Positions 40,981 to 49,840 of a stretch of 64,000 nt of DNA are shown one piece after another. The position numbers and the translations under genes were made by a program. Within the stretch, counting starts at the first letter, position 1. The number at the start of each line of letters is the position of its first letter. Where the stretch lies: contig JBDTRY010000001.1 of NCBI GenBank assembly GCA_039931435.1, forward strand, positions 11,084 through 75,083, written 5' to 3'. This DNA is from Acidobacteriota bacterium (GTDB lineage: Bacteria > Acidobacteriota > Thermoanaerobaculia > Gp7-AA8). A model generated the notes under the pieces. It searched no databases and had not been told where the DNA came from. It saw only the letters and a list, made by a program, of their open reading frames with translations.

Positions 40981-41351
40981 GTCTGAAGCAGGTCGGAGAT
41001 CGTTCGCACCAGCTGAGAAGACTGGATGGGTTTGGTGAGGTAGGCATTCGCTCCCAGGGCCATCCCCTTTTCACGATCTTCGTCGGCTCCTTCGGTGGTG
41101 ATGATGATGATCGGTATCTTGCCGAACTTGTCGCTCTGGCGAACGATGGAGACGAACTTCAGGCCATCCATCACCGGCATGTTGATGTCGGTGAGGATCA
41201 GATCGACCTTCGACTCCCCCAGCTTCTTCAGAGCATCCGCGCCGTCGACCGCTTCGATGATCTTCGCGTTACGGAAGCGCTTCAGGGAGAACGAGATCAA
41301 CTGCCGCATCGTCGGTGAATCTTCGACGATCAGAAAAACAGAATTGTCCAT
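40977..41351 (-). CDS. cheY: Single-domain response regulator (CheY-like receiver), 124 aa.
   Basis: FLIVEDSPTMRQL...DLILTDINMPVMDGL...AYLTKP receiver motifs. Confidence 0.85.
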   Translation of the reverse strand: MDNSVFLIVEDSPTMRQLISFSLKRFRNAKIIEAVDGADALKKLGESKVDLILTDINMPVMDGLKFVSIVRQSDKFGKIPIIIITTEGADEDREKGMALGANAYLTKPIQSSQLVRTISDLLQT

Positions 41352-41629
41352 CGCTGACTACCCGCCCTTCGAAGATCGCGCCGCTGTCGTCACAGAATGC
41401 CGGAAGAAACCAGGAGCCGCCCGAACACCGGCAACGACCCGGCGGGAATTCCACGACTTTGTGCACTCCCGGACGCTGAAGCGAGGGTTCGTACGGCTGC
41501 GCTTCCCTCGACCTTTCCGGAAGTGAATCGCCCCAGCCGAGCTCCGGGATGCCATCGAGAAAACCCCGCGTCCGGGACCTTCAATATCAAGGCCTCGAAT
41601 GTAGCACAAGGACCGAGGGCCACAAAGTT

Positions 41630-42682
41630 TCATTCCTCGTGACAGAGACGATTGATCGCCGCGGTAATTTCGTGGAGAGGCAGCACGTGCTGCACCGCTC
41701 CCGTTCCAATGGCACCTCGGGGCATTCCAAAGATGATGGCCGTTTCCGCGGATTCGGCAATCGTCTTTCCTCCTCTGCCGCGGACAGTGCGGATTGCTTC
41801 GGCACCGTCCGCACCCATTCCGGTGAGAATGATGGCCAGCACGCGCTCGGCGCAGGCCCGGCTGGCGCTCTCGAAAAGCCGGTCGACCGACGGAGCGTAA
41901 AGATCGCCCTCCGCCGGTTCGTATATATCGAGCATCAGCCCGGCGCCATCCCTTCTGACCTCGGTCTGCATGCCACCGGGAGCGACGTAAACCGTTGCGG
42001 CACGGAGGCGTTCGCCATCCACACCTTCCTTGACCGTGTAGGAACTTATCCGATCCACCCGTTCCGCAAACAAGCGTGTGAATACCGCGGGCATGTGCTG
42101 GGCTACGACGAACGGCACATTGATGCGAGGAGTACGCTGAAACAGCGTCTGCAATGCTGGAGGTCCTCCGGTCGAAGCTCCGATGACGACGACATCCACG
42201 AGGAGTTTTAGCCCGCTCTCGGCCTGAGGGGCGAGCGGTAGCCCGGATGCCTGCATGCGCGCGGCAAGATTGTCGAGACGTACGTCGTGAGCCGCTCGAA
42301 CCTTCGCCAGAAGATCCTCACGAACCTCCTCGAGTCGTGGAGAGATCGGTCCTCCCGGCTTGACGATAAATTCGGCTGCGCCCAGCTCCAGAGCCTTGAA
42401 TACGGATTGCGCATCCGCTCTCGAGGACACGGCAATGACCGGCGTCGGTTGATTGGCCATGAGCCAGCGCAGGAATCCGAACCCGTCGATGCCTGGCATC
42501 TCGATGTCCAGAGTGATCACATCCGGTGTATGACGAAGGGTCTGCTTGATCCCCGATTCGCCATCGGCAGCGGTGGCCACGACCTTCACCTCGCCACTCG
42601 ACTCCAGCAGTCTGGAGATCGTCACTCGGTTGAAGGCGGAGTCGTCAATGACAATGGCGCGAATCATCCGGCGTTCGATCAT
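41630..42682 (-). CDS. cheB: Chemotaxis response regulator protein-glutamate methylesterase CheB (receiver + CheB methylesterase).
   Basis: N-terminal receiver (AIVIDDSAFNR...LDIEMPGIDG). C-terminal VVIGASTGGPPAL and HMP motif regions. Confidence 0.9.
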   Translation of the reverse strand: MIERRMIRAIVIDDSAFNRVTISRLLESSGEVKVVATAADGESGIKQTLRHTPDVITLDIEMPGIDGFGFLRWLMANQPTPVIAVSSRADAQSVFKALELGAAEFIVKPGGPISPRLEEVREDLLAKVRAAHDVRLDNLAARMQASGLPLAPQAESGLKLLVDVVVIGASTGGPPALQTLFQRTPRINVPFVVAQHMPAVFTRLFAERVDRISSYTVKEGVDGERLRAATVYVAPGGMQTEVRRDGAGLMLDIYEPAEGDLYAPSVDRLFESASRACAERVLAIILTGMGADGAEAIRTVRGRGGKTIAESAETAIIFGMPRGAIGTGAVQHVLPLHEITAAINRLCHEE

Positions 42683-43533
42683 CCTTTCTGGTAAACCATA
42701 TCGTGCTCAAGGTGACGAAGCCGGAACTGAGTGGAGAGGGTGATCAGGGACTCGGAATGACCGAGAAGCAAATAGCCGCCCTCGCCGAGCCGTTCGTGAA
42801 AGCTGGCAATGACACTGCGCTTGGAGGCATCATCGAAATAGATAATGACGTTGCGACAGAAAATGATGTCCACCGTGCCCACCAGCGACACCCGTGGATG
42901 ATCGTAAAGGTTGAGCCGCCCGAATGACACCCGTTTGCGGATGGCGTCGGAGATCTGCCAGGTGCCGTCCGGCTCTCTGACGAAATACTTCTCGCGCAAC
43001 TCTGGGGTCGTAGCTCTGAACGAGTTCTCGCGATAGCGGCCCTTTCGCGCCCGAGCCAGAACCTGCTGGTTGATGTCGGAGGCAAAAATCTCGAAGGAAC
43101 CACGCTCGTAGTGACCGTGCTCGGTCAGAAGCATGGCGATGGTGTAGGGCTCCTCACCCGAGGAGCAGCCGGCCGACCAGATTCGCACCTTGCGTCCCCG
43201 GGCTCTGGACAGCACTTCCGGAACAATCTCCAGGGCGAAGGCCGAGAGCTGCATCGATTCACGGAAGAAGTAGGTTTCGTTCGTGGTGATCTGGTCGAAG
43301 ATCCGATCGAATTCTCCATCGGCTCGCGGGTCGTACTGGAGAAAGTAGTAGTACTTCTGGAGGGTGTCGAAGTTCAGCTCGCGAGCGCGGGGGGAGAGCC
43401 GCTTCTGAAGCAGGTACTTCGAAGAATCGGCGAAGTAAATTCCGCTGCGGGCGTAGATGGCGTCGCGAAGCTGCCGGAAAACGTCGTCCGGCAGGTCCAG
43501 CTGATGGTTCAGGGTGAAGTCGAAGGCGCCCAT
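42679..43533 (-). CDS. cheR: Chemotaxis protein methyltransferase CheR.
   Basis: TNETYFFRE, RIWSAGCSSGEEPYTIAML SAM-binding motif. 4-bp overlap with cheB. Confidence 0.9.
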   Translation of the reverse strand: MGAFDFTLNHQLDLPDDVFRQLRDAIYARSGIYFADSSKYLLQKRLSPRARELNFDTLQKYYYFLQYDPRADGEFDRIFDQITTNETYFFRESMQLSAFALEIVPEVLSRARGRKVRIWSAGCSSGEEPYTIAMLLTEHGHYERGSFEIFASDINQQVLARARKGRYRENSFRATTPELREKYFVREPDGTWQISDAIRKRVSFGRLNLYDHPRVSLVGTVDIIFCRNVIIYFDDASKRSVIASFHERLGEGGYLLLGHSESLITLSTQFRLRHLEHDMVYQKG

Positions 43534-43554
43534 GGGAGTGTGGGAAAAGGAGAG

Positions 43555-45795
43555 TCAGTGCACCGAGGCGCTTTCTTTCATGGCCTGTAGAGTTGCAGCG
43601 ATGAGCGCTTCGTGCCGGCTGTCGGCGGTTCTCCATGCCTGCTCGAGCTGATCGCGGAACAGGTCTTTGCGGCGGACGAAGAGCTCGAGGATGTCGTCGA
43701 GGATGGAGCGATTCTCGAGTGCTCGATAGAGATAGCTGAAGGAGCTGCGATCGGCCAGTTTTCCCAGCGCTACCACCGCCGAGTGCTGAACGTATGTGTC
43801 GGCGTCGCCGACGAGCAAGGCGTGAATTTCCTCGAGCGCCCGTTCATCGCCGCGCTGGCCGAGGGCCAGAACGCCGGCGGCCCGCAAACGCCATTCGTCA
43901 GAATGCAGGCAGCGCAGCAGCTCACGGAAAATCTCGTCTCCGGGAATCCGGGACAGTGCCAGAATCCCGGCGCGGCGAATCTCCAGGTCTCGGGCATGAA
44001 GGCTGGAGAGCAACTGATCCGCGGCGCGCCGGCTGCCGATTTTTCCCAGCGCCTCGATGGCGGCGATCTTCACCGGAGCAGGATCGCTCTCGAGGTGCGC
44101 GATGAGGGGATCGATGGCCACCGGGTCCCGATACTCGCCCAGGGCGTTTGCCGCTGCCGTTCGAATCCAGAGATCCTCATCCTCGAGGGCGCTGATCAAC
44201 GGCTCGATCCCGTGACTGGGGCGCAACAGGACGATGGCCTGAATGGCAGCGATTCGCACCGAGGTCGCTTCGTCCGCCAGCGACAGCACAAGCTGATCAG
44301 CGAAACGCTCCTCGCTGAACCTTCCCATGAGCGAAACCGCCTTCTGACGGATGGCAGGGTCGCCATCCTTGGACGCCAGCAGCAGTTCCTGCGGAAATCC
44401 TTCTCCCTGGATGTTCACAAAGATCGAAAGCGAATTGACCTTCACCGGTGTGGTCCCGGCGGCCATCAGTCTGCGGATCTTCCCCAGTAATTGCGGCTTC
44501 ACCTGCGGAAAGGCAGCGACGAGGGCGCATACGGAATCCACCGCGGCCTGCTGACAACCGGGGTCGCCGTCGTCGAGCTTAGCCAGCAGGTAGTCGATTG
44601 CCGAGGGGTCGCCCAGTTGTCCCAGACTCTCCAGGGCCAGGCGGCGGATCATGGCACTGTCGTGATCGATGAAGCCAATCAGCGTAGGCACCGCTTCGTT
44701 GCCGGCGGTCAGGTTGACGACCCGAAGGAGAATGGCCGTCACCTCGTCCTCTTCCGTCGAACGCAGCTTGTTCAGAACAGACATCGATGCCGCGGGTCCG
44801 AAGTCGACGAGCGCCTGAGCCACGACCTCCGCGCTCTCCGGATCCTCGAGGGAGTCGAGCAGAACGGGTACAGCGCGATCGTCGCCGGTCCACCCCAGGA
44901 TCTGGAGGATGAAGTTCTTTACGTCGCGCTTGGGAGTGGAATGGAGATGCTCGACGAGCGGCACGATCTTCTCGCTCGGAAACGCTTCACGAAACTTGCG
45001 CTGAATCAATTGCCTTTCCATTGCCTGGACGATGCGAGGCTTGTCCGCTTCAGCGACTCGAATCAGGGCTCGCAAAGCGGTGAGGTTCAGTTTCTCTTCC
45101 TGGGAAATGATTCTGAGAAGAAAGCTGACTGTTCCCACGTCTCCGATCTTGGAGACCGCTTCGAGAATCGGCTTTCGCAGCGACTTCTCCGAATACAGGG
45201 GAAGAATGGAAGGCAGAGCCGTGCGATCTCCAATCTCGCCAAGAGCCTCGATCACGTGGAACTTCAGCCAGAGGTCCGGTGACTGCAGTGTCTCCAGCAG
45301 CGGGCCGATGGAACTGGCGCGGCGGTACTTGCCCACCGACGACACCACGGCCGAGAGAAGATTGATGTCCGATTCTTTTCGCAGGAACGCCAGGAGTGTT
45401 TCAAAACCGTCGTCGTTCCGCAGATCGCCCAGAAGATTGATCAGGGCCAGACGTACGTCGACGTCATTTCCCCGGCCGAGCTCGAAGATAATGAATGGCA
45501 CCGCTCCGTCACCCACCCTGATCAATGCCTCGGTTGCGGAATTTCTCTTTCCGGCATTGGCGGGGTCGTGCAGAGAATGAAGAAGGCGCAGCAACACTGT
45601 TTCCCGGGGATTGCTGAGAATTCCATCCACGACGGTTTTTCGCACGCGCCAGTCGCGGTCGCCCAGCAGTTCGAAAAGCAGAGGGAGATCCTCGTCCGTC
45701 ATCGAGCCGGCCACCTGCATGGCGGCCTTCTGACGCACGTCGGCGTTCGCCGATCGCGCCCGCTCCTGCACGTGCCCTTCAACGCTCATCGACAA
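43555..45795 (-). CDS. HEAT-repeat (PBS-lyase-type) protein, 746 aa, embedded in the Che-like cluster.
   Basis: Reiterated ...DWRVRKTVVDGIL..., ...DPSAIDYLLAKLDDGDPGCQQAAVDSV..., ...RIAAIEALGKIG... HEAT/PBS-lyase-like units throughout. Confidence 0.7.
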   Translation of the reverse strand: MSMSVEGHVQERARSANADVRQKAAMQVAGSMTDEDLPLLFELLGDRDWRVRKTVVDGILSNPRETVLLRLLHSLHDPANAGKRNSATEALIRVGDGAVPFIIFELGRGNDVDVRLALINLLGDLRNDDGFETLLAFLRKESDINLLSAVVSSVGKYRRASSIGPLLETLQSPDLWLKFHVIEALGEIGDRTALPSILPLYSEKSLRKPILEAVSKIGDVGTVSFLLRIISQEEKLNLTALRALIRVAEADKPRIVQAMERQLIQRKFREAFPSEKIVPLVEHLHSTPKRDVKNFILQILGWTGDDRAVPVLLDSLEDPESAEVVAQALVDFGPAASMSVLNKLRSTEEDEVTAILLRVVNLTAGNEAVPTLIGFIDHDSAMIRRLALESLGQLGDPSAIDYLLAKLDDGDPGCQQAAVDSVCALVAAFPQVKPQLLGKIRRLMAAGTTPVKVNSLSIFVNIQGEGFPQELLLASKDGDPAIRQKAVSLMGRFSEERFADQLVLSLADEATSVRIAAIQAIVLLRPSHGIEPLISALEDEDLWIRTAAANALGEYRDPVAIDPLIAHLESDPAPVKIAAIEALGKIGSRRAADQLLSSLHARDLEIRRAGILALSRIPGDEIFRELLRCLHSDEWRLRAAGVLALGQRGDERALEEIHALLVGDADTYVQHSAVVALGKLADRSSFSYLYRALENRSILDDILELFVRRKDLFRDQLEQAWRTADSRHEALIAATLQAMKESASVH

Positions 45796-45931
45796 CCACG
45801 TCTGCTGATCGATAGTGTGAAGAAATCGCCGGCCGCTTTGGAGGAATGGTCCGAGCTGCCGAAAGCAGACGGGCCTGCACCGGGAAAGCGATCAGTGGAG
45901 CGCACCTCCGGAGATTCAATGGCCATGAACA

Positions 45932-46651
45932 TCAGTTCTCATCCTGCAGAACGCGGTCCACGTTCAGAAGCATGATCAACTCCCCCTCCCGCCGGAATAC
46001 GCCCCGGATCCTGCCACTCTGCTCTGCCGAAATAAGCGCCGGTTCCTGCCGGGTCTCGGAACTGCTCACTGAGGTTACCCTTCCGATGCGGTCGACGATG
46101 AACCCTGATCGTCCGGCTATCTCTTCCACGATGAGAAAGCGGGAGTCCGAACTCTGCCTTGCCTCCCGGTGGCCAAGCCTGCTGCTGACATCAAGAATCG
46201 TCACGATTGTACCGCGCACGGAGATGATCCCCAGCACGTCAGGCCGGGCGTTCGGGACGCGAGTGATCTCGCGGGGCTCCATGATCTCGGCGATGTCCGA
46301 GACCGGGAGCGCAAACTGCTCGGTCCCGATCATGAAGGTCAGGATTTCCATCTGGTCACTCGAAGTCTCGGAGGCCACCTCGACGTCGGCGATCGCCGCC
46401 GCCCGGGCCTGGCGCGCCAGGACGTCCTGCTTGAAGCGATCGAGGCGGGACACGGGCTGCGGCTCGATCTGTGATTGTTCGACCTCCGGCTTCGTCGATT
46501 CCTTCGATTTCACAGGCGATAACGCAGCAGATCGGGATGGCTCGACGGGCTCAGAGGAACGTGACGATGACGGGAGCGCAGAGGCCGCAGCTGCCGCATC
46601 GCGCTCTTTCTTTTCGCGGGCCTTTTTCCGGATCTTTACGAGATCGACCAT
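45932..46651 (-). CDS. cheW: CheW-like coupling protein with a roughly 110-aa low-complexity N-terminal extension.
   Basis: EILTFMIGTEQFALPVSDIAEIMEP...VLGIISVRGTIVTILDV...LLNVDRVL CheW-domain motifs. Confidence 0.75.
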   Translation of the reverse strand: MVDLVKIRKKAREKKERDAAAAASALPSSSRSSEPVEPSRSAALSPVKSKESTKPEVEQSQIEPQPVSRLDRFKQDVLARQARAAAIADVEVASETSSDQMEILTFMIGTEQFALPVSDIAEIMEPREITRVPNARPDVLGIISVRGTIVTILDVSSRLGHREARQSSDSRFLIVEEIAGRSGFIVDRIGRVTSVSSSETRQEPALISAEQSGRIRGVFRREGELIMLLNVDRVLQDEN

Positions 46652-47466
46652 CAGCGATCCTCCTTCGCTCCGAGGCGGTGCTCGGCCGCGGAAGATCGGA
46701 TCCGTGCTCGATCGATGTTCGTGGCATCGTCACCGAAGGCATCGAGGAGCGCGGTCGTGGCCACGGCGTTGATCAGTCGGGGAACACCTCCGGTAAGGCG
46801 ATGAAGGAGATCGAGTGCTTCCGCTTCAAAGGGATTTCTGCTCCCGCCCGCCACGCGAATGCGGTGATCCACATACTTCGCGGTTTCGTCGGGTTCCAGG
46901 GCGTGAAGCCGGAAGCGGATTCCAATTCGTTGCCGCAGGGCCTCGTATTGGGGACGGTCCAGGCGGTCATCGAGTTCGGGCTGTCCGATGAGAACGACTG
47001 ACATCAGATTCTGATCGTCGAGCTGAAAGTTCGTCATCAATCGGATCTCGTCGAACGCGGCCCGGCCCGGGATGAGTTGCGCTTCGTCGATGATCAACAA
47101 GGGATGGCGGTCCTGCTCGTGCAATTCGTAGAGGCGTTCGTGGATGCGGTCCAGCAATGCGGCACGCGTACGATCGGCGGGCAATTCCAGCCCCGAGGCG
47201 ATGGCGCGCAGAAGCTGCGCTGGAGTGAGACGAGGGTTGATGAGGAGGATAACGGGGCGCGAGTCGCCGACCCTGTCCACCAGAGCACGGGAAATGGTCG
47301 TTTTCCCGCATCCGATTTCTCCGGTGAGAAGAGCGAGCTCATTTTCCTCCACGGCGTACTCGAGCCGAGCCAGCGCCTCTCGATGCTGTCCGGTCTCGTA
47401 CAGAAAAGAAGGGTTCGGGGTTTTTCCGAACGGCTTTTCCCTGAATCCGAAGAACTCGCAGAACAG
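46651..47466 (-). CDS. ExeA/GspA-like AAA ATPase (AAA_22); start uncertain. The track ORF begins at a GTG at 47352, but homology extends upstream to a CTG at 47466 immediately after the cheA stop.
   Basis: GEIGCGKTT Walker A, LIIDEAQ Walker B. Upstream in-frame sequence LFCEFFGFREKPFGKTPNPSFLYETGQHREALARLEYAV matches the canonical ExeA N-terminus (M..FFGL.EKPF..TPDP.F....HREAL) as I recall it. No ATG/GTG/TTG lies between the in-frame TGA (47472..47470) and this region. Confidence 0.6.
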   Translation of the reverse strand: MFCEFFGFREKPFGKTPNPSFLYETGQHREALARLEYAVEENELALLTGEIGCGKTTISRALVDRVGDSRPVILLINPRLTPAQLLRAIASGLELPADRTRAALLDRIHERLYELHEQDRHPLLIIDEAQLIPGRAAFDEIRLMTNFQLDDQNLMSVVLIGQPELDDRLDRPQYEALRQRIGIRFRLHALEPDETAKYVDHRIRVAGGSRNPFEAEALDLLHRLTGGVPRLINAVATTALLDAFGDDATNIDRARIRSSAAEHRLGAKEDR

Positions 47467-47469
47467 ACT

Positions 47470-49461
47470 TCACCTCCGGGAGACCGCGGTTCGACTTTCA
47501 CGCCGCGCCGTTCGCGCTTCCGCCAGGCCGGAGACGAGAGAGGCGACGTCGACGACCAGGGCGATCTGGTTTTTCCCGATCTCCGTTGCTCCGGCAATTC
47601 CGGGAATGCCCCGAATGCGATTACCGACCGCCCGGATCACCACTTCCTGTTGCCGCACGACTTCATCGAGCACCAGTCCGGCCAATCGATCGCCGAGACG
47701 TACCACGGCAACGAACTTTCTGCCGTTCTGTGAGGACGCTTCGACTCCGTAGGCGTCGGAGAGACGGAGGAGCGGAATCTCCGCATCACGCAGCGCCAGA
47801 ATTTCCCGGCCTTCGACAGTTGTGATCTCTTTCTCCTGGATCTTCACCACCTCGCTGATCGACGTCAGAGGAAGGGCGAAGGTCTCGTTTCCGACACGCA
47901 CCAGCAGTGCGTGCAGGATGGCCAGAGTGATGGGTAGTGTCAATCGAATCGTCGTTCCACTTCCCCGATCACTGAGCACCTCGATCGAGCCCTTCAGCTC
48001 GTGAATATTCTTGCGCACCACGTCCAGACCCACCCCTCGGCCGGACACCTCGCTCACCGCCTCGGAGGTGGACAGGCCCGGCGAAAAGATCAGTTCGCGC
48101 GCTCTCTCGAAATCGACGACCTCATCCTGGCCGATGAGATTGCTGCGAACGGCGGAGCGGCGAACGGACTCCACGTCGATTCCCTCGCCGTCGTCCGAGA
48201 TATCGATGATCACGAAGCTTCCCTGCTGGTAGGCTCGTATACGCACTTCCCCTTTCACGGGCTTTCCTGCCGCCACTCGCTTCTCGGAGGTCTCGATCCC
48301 GTGATCGATGGCGTTGCGCACGACGTGCATGAGGGGATCGGCCAGTTCTTCGATCATGACCTTGTCCAGCTCAGTCTCGCCGCCGGCGGTGAGCAGTTCG
48401 ATTTCCTTCCCCAGCTCTTCTGCTGCCTTGCGGGCCGCTCTTCCCACACGCGTGTAGAGCTGTGAGATCGGAACCATCCTCAGGTCGACGATGGCACGCC
48501 GGAGTTGATTCAGTCGCCGCTCGAGATCTCCGGAGATGCGTCCCAGCTCCCGAGCGGTTCTTCGGTCCAGGGAGGATCCGGATACGGCAATGAGCTCGTC
48601 CAGTCTGGCTTTTTCCAGGATCAACTCCCCGACAACATCCATGACGTTATCCAGCCGGGAGATATCTACGCGGACGTTCTGCGACAAGGAACGAATGCTG
48701 GCCAACCCCTCTTCGCCGTCGGGTGAGCGAGGTTCCGGAGCAGACTGTAAGAGACGAACCTGTGCCTCCGGCGAGAGCGCCACCAGCTCTTTCCCGGAGA
48801 GGAGCGCTCCGACCAACAGCCGAAATCCGATTCCCGCTCCCGCGGCGGTGGGCAGAGTGGAGATGACCTCGCCTTCGGCGTTGAGGCGCGCGGTCAGGGC
48901 CCGCAGTTTCTCGTCGAAGTCCAGAAAGTCGTACTGGACCGTGAGCGAAAAAATGCTTCGGCCGATCCGCACATTTTCCTGGAGTCTGTATTCCTCATAT
49001 TCGGTCAGTGACTTGCGCGTCTGGGCATCGAGATCAAGGCCGGCGAGCAGATCGGCCTTTTTGCCAGTGGGATCCCCGGCGGCCGCCCTTTCGATCCTTT
49101 CCAGGATCTCCCTTCGCTCCCCGGTCTCCGCTCCGCTGGAAGCTGCCGAAACCATCCGTATCAGTTCGGCGTGGCAATCGAGCAACAGCGCGAGAAGTTC
49201 GGACGAGACCTGCACCTTGCCAAGACGAAGGCGGTCCAGAAGATCCTCGAGTTGGTGAGTGAGCGTTGCCAGACCTGTGAAGCCCAGCATTCCTGCCAGC
49301 CCCTTCAGAGAATGGATGGCGCGGAAGATATCGTTGATGATGGCCGGACTTACCGTGCCCCGTTTTTCATCGAGCTCGGCGAGATCAACGGCAAAGGACT
49401 CGAGCAGCTCTTCGGCTTCGGATGTGAATTCGCGCCGGGCCCGCTCCTCTTCTTTCTCCAT
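47470..49461 (-). CDS. cheA: Chemotaxis histidine kinase CheA.
   Basis: Hpt (AIHSLKGLAGMLGF), dimerisation, HATPase (DDGEGID, GRGVGLDVV) and C-terminal CheW-like domain. Confidence 0.9.
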   Translation of the reverse strand: MEKEEERARREFTSEAEELLESFAVDLAELDEKRGTVSPAIINDIFRAIHSLKGLAGMLGFTGLATLTHQLEDLLDRLRLGKVQVSSELLALLLDCHAELIRMVSAASSGAETGERREILERIERAAAGDPTGKKADLLAGLDLDAQTRKSLTEYEEYRLQENVRIGRSIFSLTVQYDFLDFDEKLRALTARLNAEGEVISTLPTAAGAGIGFRLLVGALLSGKELVALSPEAQVRLLQSAPEPRSPDGEEGLASIRSLSQNVRVDISRLDNVMDVVGELILEKARLDELIAVSGSSLDRRTARELGRISGDLERRLNQLRRAIVDLRMVPISQLYTRVGRAARKAAEELGKEIELLTAGGETELDKVMIEELADPLMHVVRNAIDHGIETSEKRVAAGKPVKGEVRIRAYQQGSFVIIDISDDGEGIDVESVRRSAVRSNLIGQDEVVDFERARELIFSPGLSTSEAVSEVSGRGVGLDVVRKNIHELKGSIEVLSDRGSGTTIRLTLPITLAILHALLVRVGNETFALPLTSISEVVKIQEKEITTVEGREILALRDAEIPLLRLSDAYGVEASSQNGRKFVAVVRLGDRLAGLVLDEVVRQQEVVIRAVGNRIRGIPGIAGATEIGKNQIALVVDVASLVSGLAEARTARRESRTAVSRR

Positions 49462-49462
49462 G

Positions 49463-49840
49463 TCAGGTAGTCACCCCCAACAGCTTTCTCAGTTTCTCCA
49501 GCAGGTCACGCTCCTGAAATGGCTTGACCAGATAATCCTCGGCGCCCAGTTCCATGGCCCGGCGGCGGTCTTCCTCGGACTTTTCGGTGGATATAACCAT
49601 GATGGGGACGGTACGGTAGACGCCGTGATTTTTCAGAAAGCTGACCAGCTCCAGCCCATTGATGTCCGGCATGTTGATGTCGGTAAGGATTGCGCTGAAG
49701 GCATGGTGCGGGAGGAGTTTCAGTGCTTCGAAGCCGCTCTCCGCCTCGAAGATTTCCAGGTCCACCATGGCCTCCTGTTCGATGAGATTCGTCAGGAAAG
49801 CGCGCATCGAAGGTGAGTCCTCAACGACCAGTATCTTCAT
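49463..49840 (-). CDS. cheY: CheY-like single-domain response regulator (125 aa).
   Basis: KILVVEDSPSMRAF...AILTDINMPDINGLEL...DYLVKP. Confidence 0.9.
   Translation of the reverse strand: MKILVVEDSPSMRAFLTNLIEQEAMVDLEIFEAESGFEALKLLPHHAFSAILTDINMPDINGLELVSFLKNHGVYRTVPIMVISTEKSEEDRRRAMELGAEDYLVKPFQERDLLEKLRKLLGVTT

Noticed and set aside
41358-41633. 91-aa minus-strand ORF in the cheY-cheB gap, and a sigma-54-like TGGAAT...TTGC motif
   Set aside because: The ORF is Arg/Gly-rich with no support. The GG/GC spacing of the motif does not match the -24/-12 consensus.
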